Positions 52,697-64,000 are shown, counted from the first letter of the stretch. The stretch: 64,000 nucleotides of DNA from Eledone cirrhosa (GCA_964016885.1 OZ024753.1:30442001-30506000), one strand, 5' to 3'. Numbers and translations: made by a program. Notes: a model not told the origin generated them from the sequence alone.

Positions 52697-53457
52697 ATGA
52701 AAGGCAGACTGTATGATGCGTGTATCCGAACAGCAATGTTGCATGGTAGTGAGACCTGGGCGCTGAAGGTGGAAGACTTACGTAGATTAGAGAGAAACGA
52801 AGCCTGCATGCTCCGATGGATGTGTAACAGTAATATACGTGGACTACAAAGCATAAATGAATTGAGAGAGAGACTGAGCATAAGAGGAATCAAATGCTGC
52901 GTGCAGGAGAGGCGGTTGCACTGGTATGGACATGTGATGCGTATGAAGGATGACAGCTGCATAAAAAGGTGCAGAGCACTAGAAGTCAATGGAAACCGCG
53001 GAGTGGGGAGACCCAAGATGACCTGGGATGAGGTGATAAAAGCCGACCTTACCCAATTACACCTCTCAAAGGCAATGACACACGACCGTGACCTCTGGCG
53101 TCACGCAGTAATACAGAGTACTCGACCTCCCATGGGTACAAGCTGAAGCATATAGACAATATGCCCCCACACACCCCACCGCAAAGTGGTCGTGGAGGTG
53201 CCACGGCAAAAAAGCACCCAGCCCACACTGTAAAGTGGACGTGTAGGCGCCACGAAAAAGCACCCAGCACTCACTGTAAATGAGGTTGGTGTTAGGAAGG
53301 GCATCCAGCTGTAGAAATCAAGCCAAATCAGTTCCTGTATGAGCAAGGCATGGTCAGCCGACCAGACACTGCCCACAACAGGACAACCCGTCTAACCCAT
53401 GCTAGCGTGGAAGAACGGACGTAAAACGGTGATGATGATGATGATGATGATGATGAT
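52697..53457 (+). mobile_element. Short RTE copy joined head-to-tail to the preceding copy
   Basis: Near-identical to 51947-52696. Starts directly in the (GAT)n tail of the previous copy and ends in its own (GAT)n tail. Confidence 0.93.
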
Positions 53458-53616
53458 ATATATATATTGAAGTTTCCATTGAAAATTGAAAAAGTCATAG
53501 GAGTGAAGAGTGCTCTATGTAAAAATTTAATGTATAATAAACAATACAGTATAATTACCCCATTACCAGACCAGAGGTTTCCCGAATAAGTTCAGATATC
53601 AAATACAGAGAGAGAT

Positions 53617-54147
53617 GAAACTTTTTTGCACCGATTTTTGCGATTAAGTTGCGATTTCGGTTCAGAGAAATTTGGGGAACCGATGTCGCTAAATCGTCAA
53701 AGTATTTACCTCTACTGTTGCATCATGGGAGGAGTAAAGGCTCAATTCTATTTTTGTAACGACGGCAATTTTTTAAATATCTTTCCCGGTATCTTGTTCC
53801 TTGCTTAATATAAGTAAATAAATAAATAAATTAATTTACTACCCTCCTCTCATTAATCTGAAAATCATATTACCGTGGGGGCGAAGGGGTTAACGTAATT
53901 TGATGTTTAGATTAAAGAGAGGTGAGGGAGTAAATTAATCATTATATTTATTTATTTATATCAAAGATACCGGGAAAGTAATTTAAAAATTTGCCGTCGT
54001 TACAAAAATAAAAATTAAGCCTTTACCCCTCCCATGATGCAACAGTGGAGGTAAATACTTTGACGATTTAGCGACATCAGTTCCCCAAATTTCAAGAACG
54101 ATAACTCCGTTTTTACTTAATCGCAAAAATCGGTGCAAAAAAGTTTC
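53617..54147. mobile_element. Fold-back MITE with long (~240 bp) imperfect TIRs; related partial copies at about 48930-49210 and 56641-56675
   Basis: Ends GAAACTTTTTTGCACCGATTTTTGCGATTAAGT ... TTAATCGCAAAAATCGGTGCAAAAAAGTTTC, with internal blocks mirrored throughout. Superfamily not assigned. Confidence 0.8.
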
Positions 54148-54184
54148 CTTTTATGTATGATTGATTATGTATAAACATATATTT

Positions 54185-55004
54185 GGCATAGGTAAAATAT
54201 AACGTCCGGGAAAGTGAAACTAATTTTTATGACAAGTGAATGTGTTTGTTTTTTAGTATTGCGTGTGTGATTATTTTTTCTTTTTCTTTTTTTGTGTATT
54301 GTGTGTACGGAAAATTATACTTACCTTATCAACATCCTTATTAGACCGTATAAATAGCTGAAATACAGTTGATCATCTCGCCAAATTTGTTGGCACCAAC
54401 TCTCTGCCGCCAATGAAATTCAGCTAAATACGAGGGGAATAAATCGTCGCTTGTCCCATGTTGTCGACGGAGCTTTTTCTTCGCACGGCTCCAAGTGTTC
54501 TCTATGAGTTGTGTGTGCACATTAGGGTCTTCAGGATCGACAAAGTTCCGTTGGTGCACAACAACATCATGGAGGTAAATGCCACCTTGAATTTCCTCAA
54601 TATCAGAATAGGAAGCCCAACCATCGGACATGATGTGGCTTCCTGGCAAAATCCATTCCTGTATAATGGGGACAAGAGTCTCACGAGAGAACACTTGGAG
54701 CCGTGCGAAGAAAAAGCTCCGTCGACAACATGGGACAAGCGACGATTTATTCCCCTCGTATTTAGCTGAATTTCTTTGGCGGCAGAGAGTTGGTGCCAAC
54801 AAATTTGGCGAGATGATCAACTGTATTTCAGCTATTTATACGGTCTAATAAGGATGTTGATAAGGTAAGTATAATTTTCCGTACACACAATACACAAAAA
54901 AAGAAAAAGAAAAAATAATCACACACGCAATACTAAAAAACAAACACATTCACTTGTCATAAAAATTAGTTTCACTTTCCCGGACGTTATATTTTACCTA
55001 TGCC
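54185..55004. mobile_element. Non-autonomous Merlin (IS1595/IS1016-like DDE) element made of two inverted 3' ends
   Basis: Minus-strand transposase C-terminus ETLVPIIQEWILPGSHIMSDGWASY...VVHQRNFVDP...HTQLIENTWSRAK...YLAEFHWR. 318-bp inverted arms (54185-54502, 54687-55004) starting GGCATAGG. Identical 9-bp flanks CATATATTT. Confidence 0.9.
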
Positions 55005-55118
55005 CATATATTTATATGTATTTTATATATATCCGAAGACATATAATTACTTAACACACACACACACATACACACACACACACATACACACACACATACA
55101 TGCACACACACACACACA

Positions 55119-55193
<75 letters not shown>

Positions 55194-55395
55194 CCAAGAC
55201 TGGAATTGAATCATCAGCACAGTTGAGGTATGTCACACATCAATTTATATATTTTATCTGATGAGGACGTACTGAAAAAACAGCACAGTACCTCCGACAA
55301 ATATAAATGTTTATAACTGATTTAGAGCACTCAACAGTTTACTGGAGTATTCAATGATATTAAATAAATGGAAACTATATTTATAAAACCATATT

Positions 55396-55458
55396 TATTT
55401 TATTATATATATTTCAAGGGTACCAAGACACATTGGTACGCTTTCGTCAGATAAAATA
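55396..55458 (-). ncRNA. Type I hammerhead ribozyme motif
   Basis: Minus strand reads TATTTTAT-CTGACGA-AAG C GTACCAA tgtgtc TTGGTAC C CTT-GAAA-TATATA-TA-ATAAAATA; perfect 8-bp stem I. Confidence 0.7.
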
Positions 55459-56824
55459 CATCCAACCGATAAGGTATGATTTTCATGGGTATGTCTCTAT
55501 TTATAAAACAAACTTTGTATTATATCTGATGAAAGCGTACCAATGTGTCTTGGTACCCTTGGAATATAAATAATAAAATAAATATGGTTTTATAAATATA
55601 GTTTATTAAATTAATGATGGCATGTCTGAGAAACATGTGCCATACCACCTGTAGAATAAGCTCAAAGATTCTAAGAGAACATTTATTAACATTAAATTAA
55701 AAATCGATTGACACATATATATATATATATATATATATAATAAAATAAACACAGCAAACAATTAAAGGGGCTGCTATTTCTAGCTGTCGATAATCCTATT
55801 AATGTCACTAGGTTCACAGCGGGGCGATGTGTATTTTTCTTTTAAAACCACACTTGCTTTTCATCATTTCCAGATTTGTTTTTCGTGTTTAATCACAAAT
55901 AGTTAAATCTCCTCTTTTGAGATGATCCTGGATTTAAGATCTGTGATTTGCCTATTAATGGTGAAATATATTTCTTTAATGAAAGGAGATTAATCATTAT
56001 TGCAAGGTATCTTATATTTGAGGTTCTCGTTAATTTTTAATATGTTACCTGTAATTGTTTGATGTTTATTTATTTTATACATATATATATATATATATAA
56101 CGCCAACCATTGTAAGTTCGTAATCTGACTTACATAGAGACACACGTACGTGACCAAATCCTAGGACACACACTCACACACAGAGACAGAAATGAAACTC
56201 AGGTTACTGCTTCAAATCAAACCTGGGTAGGTGAACAACATTGTAAAAAAAGATCTGGTGTTGTTCATGCCTTTCTGTTAGTCAATAATATAAACAGGAG
56301 AGGGTCGGACGCCATGCTTTCCAGCATACTTACGTCCCTTTACGATCTGAGTTCAAATCCCGCCGAGGTTGACTTTGCCTTTCATCCTTACGGGGTCGAT
56401 AAAATAAAGTACCAGTAATGAACTGGGTTATTGCTGGCCTTGTGCCTAAAGTAGAAACAAATAATATAAACAGGAATTCTCGTCGTCGTAACCGACGGAG
56501 TGTCACTGCTCTCTCTCTCTCTCTGTCCCTCTCTCTCTCTCTCTCTCTCTCTTTATATACACACATATATATATATGTATGTTTAAGTTAAATTATATAT
56601 CAAATACAGAGAGAGAGAGAGATACATATGTTCATACAAAACTGAAACATTTTCACGCCGATTTTTGCGATTTGTCTGTACCTGTGCACTCTGTACTAGA
56701 GACTCTATTGAAGTTTCAGATGTTGCAAACAGTTTCAAATTGTCCATAAAACAACAGGTAGTTTCAAGTAAAGTCAGAAGCATCTTTCCGCAACTCATAC
56801 ACTACCATCACTTTCCTCAGTACT

Positions 56825-56866
<42 letters not shown>

Positions 56867-58696
56867 ACTATCATCATCATCATCATCACAATCATCATCG
56901 TCATCATCATTACATGCAATTATTTAGTAGTCAAATATCTTTGTCAAGTAAATGTATTTTTTTAATCACCACATTTGTTAATTGAAGGAAGATATTCACA
57001 GAGAATTAACTTATGTCGATTCCTGTATAATTGCTATTGTTTTGTTAATTTTCTAGAATTCAGCTTAAAGTTTAAATTAACGAGATATCTTTTTTCATAT
57101 TTTATTTTAGTCTCATCTCATTTCGTCATTGCATATTTTTTTTTCTGTCATGTCACAGAAAGTTTGTGTCGATCTATTTTAATTTGTTTGTCATCAATTA
57201 ATTTATAGTTGAGTGATCGTCTGCCGGTGACAATAGAAAGGAAAGTTTCTCTCTTCATTGTTCTTTTAAAATCTTTGTAGATGTTCTTGCTTTTAATGTT
57301 TTTTTTCTGATCATATTTATACTAGCTTGTCATACATTTTCATTCTGCCAATGTAGACATGGTTGGGATTGTAATGGTGGGAGGGGAAAGTTGATTAAAT
57401 CGACCGCAATGCATGACGTGGTACTTTATTTTATCGGCCTCATAAGGATGAAAGCTTAGGATTACATTACTCAAAATGTCTTTCACTTTTTTCAGGACGG
57501 CAAAAAAGAGAGACTTGGCTACTATATTTAGCAGATCGATAGATTACGTACAGGCTTTCCCGTTGGCTCATTGATTCCAATTCAAGATAATTTAGAATAA
57601 ATACGTTGTCACTTTCCACTGACTATTTTTTTAGAAAAATTCTGAAGCAATTTAATGAATGCCTATCCTTAAATTTTCCCGAATTCAATTAATCTAATTC
57701 AGATAACAAGCAAACGTTTCCTCTTTTTTCTTCTACATTTACTAACCGTATTTCACGGCTTTCATTTTCTGTTCATTCCCAAAATATTAACTTGATCTTC
57801 TTTCACTGCAAATGGCAGTGTTTACTAGCGTACACGCTTCACGTATTAGGGTTTGACAAGCAGAGACAAAAACAATATTTGTTCCGGCTTTCTGCACAGA
57901 GAATCCCAACAGAGAAAGAACCAACGCCAATACGTCTGCTGAACCCTCGTAGTATTGAAATAAAAAGATAGATTAGTGGCAGAAAAAAAAGGTTGCGACT
58001 GACTATCTCTATATTCCAAGGAGAGAGCTTTTCTGGCGCTACTTTCAAACTGTTTGAAATTTAACCGCCTAATTATGTGATTGGTTCTATAACTTGGGCC
58101 TACGTATTCCCACGCCTTGGGAAACCACGTGACGACAGTGGCAGGCAAAAATTGCAATTGCGTCACTTGTAGACTCTTGCGATAGAACGAGAAGGATCGC
58201 TCCCGTTGACGAAATTCTGTGTTGACCCTGGCCGCATCCATTCCTTTCAGACAACTCTGGATTTAATGCGTGTCTTCTGTGTACTGGGTGCAATTATTGC
58301 ACCGCAATGTGCAGGACATGGAGTAGAAACCAACGATTTCGTTTGGTACAAGCTAAATTGTTTACACTCGAACATAATCCACTAATAACTAAATGTGTAC
58401 TCTCTGAATCACGGACAGGCGCTTGACGCAAGTCCCGTGAATTTATTGAGTGAGTGGGAAAGTTCAACGCACTAACACAAACTCAGTTTGTATAGTTCGA
58501 TACACTTGTATCAATTCTCCCTCGTAATGGATATATCTCTGATCGTAAGTTGAATGTTTCTGTATTTCTTATATATTCTAAATATTTATGTATATTTAAT
58601 GTATTTTAATATTAATTCAACGTATCACGCATTTCCGACTTTTATTTTTCCCATATTTCTCTAGCACAAACTCAGTTAGTCTAGTTCAATACACCT

Positions 58697-58743
<47 letters not shown>

Positions 58744-58922
58744 CATATATATATATATATTATATATATATACTTACATACACTAATATGATATAGAAAT
58801 AACTTCTATAGGACTAGAATGTATCTTCTCTATTAATGTATTGAGTACTTTAAACTGTGGTTCCTTCCTGTTCCTCTTCGGAAAATCATTCTTTTATACA
58901 TATGTTTATCCTGGGTTCAATC

Positions 58923-58973
58923 GGCTTCCTGATGATTTCTCCCGAATGAAACAGTTCTAGTTTTGTAGAAGCC
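58923..58973 (+). ncRNA. Type I hammerhead ribozyme motif (related copy at 23114-23162)
   Basis: GGCTTC-CTGATGA-tTTCtcccGAAt-GAAA-CAGttctagttTTG-TA-GAAGCC; perfect 6-bp stem I, GUA site. Confidence 0.7.
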
Positions 58974-59709
58974 ATTTCTATATTAAATATATATAGACAG
59001 ACAGATGTGTGTGGAAGATATTTCTGTTCATTGGTGAGGATCAAAATCTCGACCTTCGGATGTATCAATTGTTATTTAAATTTATTTAAAAAAAATCATA
59101 TTTCCTAAAAATGTAGCATGACCTGATGCAGCGTTCTGATTGGTCCACAAGAACTGTATAGCTCGCTCGGGTATTTACAAAACCAAGCAGAAACAGTGGG
59201 CTTGCTTTTTACCGCCGTTTATGGATATTACTCTTTCAAGCCCATGTTCAATTCTCGAGATTAATTTTTATTCGCATTCAAATTAATTTTTCCTGTCGCA
59301 TTCCTAATTGGAAGTTGGCTTATATTTTGGTAGAAAAGTTCTTCTAGGCTTCTTTTAAATAAGAAGTAGGTTAGCCTTAAAATTGTGTTCAATACAGCTC
59401 AAATTCATCAATTTACATTTCGAATTAAAAGTTGTGACATATATATGCGTCGAGTTTCTGTGCAGGTTCCACGCAAAGGAATACCATGAAAAAAAAGTGC
59501 CCCAAAACGGGGAGAAATGAGGCAAAATGGGGAGATTTTTCATAATGAAAACTATACCCATTTTCACAAGAGAAGACATCTTTCACCCACCCCAAAGTGG
59601 GTGGGAGATCTCCCCGTCAGACAGGGAGAGTTTTTCAGCAATTAAATTCTACTCTTTCTGTCATAAAGACTCACAAACACTTTACTATTGTATTTATTTG
59701 TATATACCA

Positions 59710-60070
59710 GACATATGCGACTAAACCAGGTTCTACTGCACTTCGGGCTGAGGAGGGCAAACTCTCCAAGTACCGGTCGCTCTTCGACAGGCTTGCGGTC
59801 GTGCCCATAGCAGTGGAGACTTCTGGTGTCCTTGGCCCTAGGGCTACCTCCCTACTTACCACCATAAGCGATGAGCTGGCTAGCCGCAGGTGTGAGCCTC
59901 GCGAGATGGAATGGCTCTTTCAGCGCATCTCCCTTACCATCTTCCGAAGAAACGCCTTCTCCATTCTGTCCGCCGGGACCGTGGGGGAGGCCAGCACGTG
60001 GGACCCCATAATAATGAGAGATGGGGAGGACGAGAGAGATGGAGGCGATGACAGCGGGAGTTCGGCTCTT
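59710..60070 (+). mobile_element. 3' fragment of an RLE-type non-LTR retrotransposon (CRE-like)
   Basis: AEEGKLSKY...VPIAVETSGVLGPRA...FQRISLTIFRRNAFSIL resembles the C-terminal restriction-like endonuclease region of CRE-clade elements. Confidence 0.7.
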
Positions 60071-60595
60071 CAGTGTTCGGACACATTTATCAATTCTATG
60101 TTGCTGTTGATATTTTGTCTTTCGTGATCGCATGAAATACGTTATATTGAAATTACCCAGATAAAAAAATAGTTTTACAATAAACGGAGGTTCGTATCTA
60201 TATTGTTTCCGTTGATTGTGTTAATATTTCACAAGGAGGAATAGGCTCCGTTCTTAACGTTTATTTTATATTTATGTATGACTTCTCTGAGTTTCTTTTC
60301 CATCTACTTTATTGTATCTACTACTTTAATATGATAAAGATGTTCCTAGAAATAATAATGAAACACTCATTCATTGTATTTATTATGGCTGTCTACTTGA
60401 TACATTGAGTAGCTTACCTTAATTGAGGTTCTGTTATTTAATGGAAAAGCACACACACACACACAGACACACAGACAGAGAGAGAGAGATGGAACATTCC
60501 AACCGCGGCGCCAAGCGATTTCGTTATATCTATCTATATATACATACATCGATATACATACATACATCTACACACACACACACACATATATATAT

Positions 60596-60693
60596 AAGGT
60601 GTCCCCAAAACTGTATACACACTTTGATTACCTGTACAGGCAATATTTATTAGAATGGTGTTGAATTGTGTATACAATTTTTTAGGACATCCT
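60596..60693. mobile_element. Tc1/mariner-like ~100-bp MITE; two further copies back-to-back at 27479-27583 and 27601-27675
   Basis: TIRs GGTGTCCCCAAAA.TGTATACA / TGTATACA.TTTTT.GGACA.CCTG and a shared core TTTGATTACCTGTACAGGCAATA. Confidence 0.7.
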
Positions 60694-61150
60694 GTGCGCA
60701 CACACACACACACACGTATATAATATGTTGGCGGAGAGGGGGGGGGTCTATTGATTGTCGATATACTTCTGGAAAAGATACAAATATCGGTAGGAAACAG
60801 GAAAAAAAGTCAGCAATATTCCCTTGTTACTCTCTGTAAGAAATGCTGCAAAATAGTGATTGGTGGATGAGGGGGAGGGGGTCTTTGTTCACAAACTGTG
60901 GCATAAAATAAAAAGTAAGTCGTATCAAAATGTCGCCTTTGTCTAGATATAATTGTATATCTAGTACTCCTTATAATGAGCTCTAGTCTGATAGAGGTTC
61001 AACGACTACTTTTTTCTATTGCGATACGCACACACATACACATATATCTACATACATATGCATATGCATACATATGCATATATGCATGCATATATATATA
61101 TACATACATATGCATATATACATACATATGCATATATACATACATACATA

Positions 61151-61180
<30 letters not shown>

Positions 61181-61187
<7 letters not shown>

Positions 61188-61444
61188 GAATATAAAAGAG
61201 AGATAAACACAGATATATACATATGTGTTCAAATCGTAAGGGACCAGATTCGCTAGGGTGGGTGAAAAATCTAACTATGAACAATAGGGTTTGCCAGACT
61301 CAATTTAAAAGAATAAATTAAGAAAAAGAATACAAACCCCATTGTTCATAGTTAGTATTTTTTTCACCCTAGCGAATCTGGTCCCTTACAATTTGAACAC
61401 ATATATGTATATATCTGTGTTTATCTCTTTTATATTCAATTATA
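61181..61444. repeat. Inverted repeat, arms about 110 bp, spacer about 40 bp
   Basis: GTAAGGGACCAGATTCGCTAGGGTG / CACCCTAGCGAATCTGGTCCCTTAC and mirrored flanks. Confidence 0.9.
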
Positions 61445-61502
61445 TTACACAATTTCTTTCCTTGAGGTATTTTATTGTAAGAGACTATTTTGAGTTTCTA
61501 AC

Positions 61503-61534
<32 letters not shown>

Positions 61535-61563
61535 TAAATAAATAGAGGTGTGACACACGAGTT

Positions 61564-61958
61564 GTGATATATTAGTAAAAAGGAAAAGAAAATGCTGACA
61601 AATTTTTCCCAGTGAAAAATAGTTTAATTAGGAATAAGTATAAATTAGTAATAAGTATTGGTTAGTATTCAGTTTTAAGTTTTTACCGGTTGCGCATTTC
61701 TAATGCTTTTCAAAAATAATTTTGAGATAGAGCGCTGGTGATGTTTGCTCTAATCAGATTAGAGCAAACATCACCAGCGCTCTATCTCAAAATTATTTTT
61801 GAAAAGCATTAGAAATGCGCAACCGGTAAAAACTTAAAACTAAAACTGAATACTAGCCAATACTTATTACTAATTTATACTTATTCCTAATTAAACTATT
61901 TTTCACTGGGAAAAATTTGTCAGCATTTTCTTTTCCTTTTTACTAATATATATATCAC
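61564..61958. repeat. Near-perfect palindrome, arms about 190-200 bp, 1-nt centre at 61756
   Basis: ...GATGTTTGCTCTAATC-A-GATTAGAGCAAACATC...; arms differ only by a substitution and small indels. Confidence 0.95.
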
Positions 61959-62595
61959 TTGCTGAATAATTTAATTTGGTTTCTAATGTATCGTGTTTTT
62001 CATTCACGTCTATGCCAAACCCTCTTCACGTACCACCAAAATTCAAGTAACTGGTATATTTTGTTGAAATCATATTTTGTCGTCGACTCCACTACAAATG
62101 ATAACCACTAACAAAAGGCACCATGTTCACGGGGAGGTTTCATCTCAAAACTGCAGGCTAAAGACGTCTTAGTTTATTTTCCTGTTTTACCACTGCTCTA
62201 TATCTCTTTCTCATTTCCTTTCTTTCACTCTTTAACCTTCTCTGGAAGAAATAGGCCGTGTTCAGACCTGGAGAAAGGGGATCGGCTCCGTCATATTTTA
62301 AAGTTCCCCAAGAAACGTATGTCTCTAGGGTGTCCTTACGACCCATCAGGAGTCACGGGTTCATACAAAATAATATATCTTACGTAATTTTTAATGTTTT
62401 AAATATTTGAATTCTCTTTTATTTCAAACATGATAAACGACAACAAAGTTTTCTGAAATGAATAGGAAATAAAATAAAATAAATAATAACAAAACAACAA
62501 AAACCAACGACATCAACATTTCGTTGCTAAAGTAAATACTTTCTTTTCTCTCTCCGTTAATATTCTTAATTCAACTTTTCTTTGTTTTGATGTAT

Positions 62596-63012
62596 TTAGT
62601 CTGGGACTAGAACAATTTTACAACTTTCAGAAAGACTCGAGAGGCTGACATCTTTCTCTGTTGATTCTTTTAGTGAGTACATTTTGCTACGGTTCAATGA
62701 AGTATTTCTACTTGTAAACGACACTGTACCTCGTTGCATCCAGATTCGATCTGCTCCGGTAAAACGACCTCGAAATAAAGTGAGGAATGAATGTTTGAAT
62801 TTTTCACGGAAGTTTTTCGACATAAACGAATAAACTATTGGGTTAATACAGCTATTGAAGTAGGCCATCAAGTTAAATGCCATACGCATTGGTTTCAAGT
62901 AACCATAATGTAATCGTGGTAGGTATTCAAATCCGATCATAACGTTATTAATAAGAATTGGTGCCCAGCAGATAATGAAGAGAAGTACTACAACGACGAG
63001 CATTTTCACAAC
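62596..63012 (-). CDS. Terminal coding exon of a class A (rhodopsin-like) neuropeptide GPCR, TM6-TM7 plus C-tail; upstream exons not identified in this window
   Basis: Phase-0 acceptor GTTCTTTTGTTCTCCACAG|GTT. Encodes VVKMLVVVVLLFIICWAP (TM6 CWxP) and MAYFNSCINPIVYSFMSKNFR (TM7 NPxxY, helix 8), then a Ser/Thr-rich tail. Subfamily (QRFP/CCK/orphan-like) not resolved. Confidence 0.92.
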   Translation of the reverse strand, partial: VVKMLVVVVLLFIICWAPILINNVMIGFEYLPRLHYGYLKPMRMAFNLMAYFNSCINPIVYSFMSKNFREKFKHSFLTLFRGRFTGADRIWMQRGTVSFTSRNTSLNRSKMYSLKESTEKDVSLSSLSESCKIVLVPD

Positions 63013-63051
63013 CTGTGGAGAACAAAAGAACATTATTATTTAGTTAGAGTG

Positions 63052-63270
63052 AGGGCGGTGGATTGGCAGTATCAGTAGAGGGTCAGACTCCATGCTTTGT
63101 AGCATAGAGTTACGGCCCTTTATGTCCTGAGTTCAAATCCCGCCGAGGTTAACTTTGCCTTTCATCCTTACGGGGTCGATAAAATAAAGTACCAGTAATG
63201 CACTTGGGTCGATTTAATCGATTTTCCCCGCCTCCAAAATTGCTGGCCTTGTGCCTATATAAGAAACCAT
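63052..63270 (+). mobile_element. Second tRNA-derived SINE family (octopus OR-like). Other copies at about 7-150, 18145-18310(-), 29768-29945, 31700-31868, 34488-34680, 35335-35535, 38214-38590, 44090-44385(-), 49968-50120(-), 50607-50725, 56298-56462, 63520-63690(-), 63787-63905(-)
   Basis: Recurrent consensus TGAGTTCAAATCCCGCCGAGGTTAACTTTGCCTTTCATCCTTACGGGGTCGATAAAATAAAGTACCAG with A/B-box head and an AAT-rich tail. Family name is from memory, not from a search. Confidence 0.85.
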
Positions 63271-64000
63271 TATTTGGTTAGATTAATGGGAAAATATACT
63301 GGAATAGCAGGATCAGTAAAGCAACGCCACACACGCGGGATATTTATGTAACACTTGTATGTAGGGTCCCGTAACTCCTGATAATCGTACGGGCGCCATA
63401 TTGACATACGGCGTTACTTGGACATTTTAAGCCTGATGGAGCCCATCCCTCTCCAGGCCTGAGTACAGCAGATTTCTTCCAGAGAAAGATGGAAAGTTAG
63501 AAAGAGCAAATGAGAAAGAGATATAGAGGAAGAATCGACCCCAGTACTAGACTGGTACTTTTTTTTTTATTGACCTCGAAAGGATGAAAGGTAAAGTCCT
63601 CGGTGGGATTTGAACTCAGAGAGCAGAGAGCCCGGACGAATACCATAAATTCTTCTATCCGACGCTCTAACGACTCTGCCAATTTGCCGTCACATGTAGC
63701 ACTTAAGATATCTAAAGGTTTCATGGAATGGCTGTGATTTAAATTCTCATAAAAAAATTTTTGCACCATCCTTTCATCAAATAGCTGTTTCTACTTTTGG
63801 CACAAGACCAGCAATTATCCCAGTGTATTACTGGTACTTTATTTCATCGACCCCGTAAGGATGAAAGGCAAAGTTAAGAGATTTGAACTCAAACCGTAAA
63901 GAAACGTAACTAAGAAAAATATTCATAGAAAAACTACACACGACTTCCATAAACCTCACTGAAGCACTTAATATCAGAAGTCCTAACTAAGACAGGAGAG

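Noticed and set aside
54688-54820. N-terminal part of the 159-aa ORF as a novel transposase extension
   Set aside because: It is the antisense reading of the duplicated arm.
56665-56985. His-rich ORF
   Set aside because: (CAT)n microsatellite next to a short antisense R4/Dong-like RT remnant (FMDNLKLFA).
57840-58450. GC-richer segment with a 131-aa minus-strand ORF, possibly an exon or element
   Set aside because: No recognisable protein motif, termini or convincing splice sites; left unassigned.

Overview
AT-rich, repeat-dense animal DNA, most likely from an octopod cephalopod (inferred from the tRNA-derived SINEs, RTE LINEs with (GAT)n tails and large (TA)n microsatellite tracts). Three host genes are supported. 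(1) An intronless 496-aa DZF-domain gene of the ZFR/ILF3 family on the minus strand (24475-25965), with no zinc fingers or dsRBDs. (2) A complete six-exon LAMTOR3/MP1 gene on the plus strand (26402-33618, 124 aa), lying head-to-head with the DZF gene, 436 bp between start codons. (3) The last coding exon (TM6-TM7 and C-tail) of a class A peptide GPCR on the minus strand (62596-63012). The rest is mostly mobile DNA: RTE LINEs with a PHD finger inside the RT, partner SINEs, CR1/CRE/hAT fragments, and hAT, piggyBac, Tc1 and Merlin-derived MITEs. Most notable: (a) several type I hammerhead ribozyme motifs from at least three families, with stem-II covariation, some on both strands of fold-back elements; (b) the likely ZFR-derived DZF-only retrogene using the LAMTOR3 promoter; (c) a Merlin element built from two inverted 3' ends with a perfect 9-bp TSD; (d) many local fold-back inversions. 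Coordinates were counted by hand, so repeat boundaries are approximate. No database searches were run.
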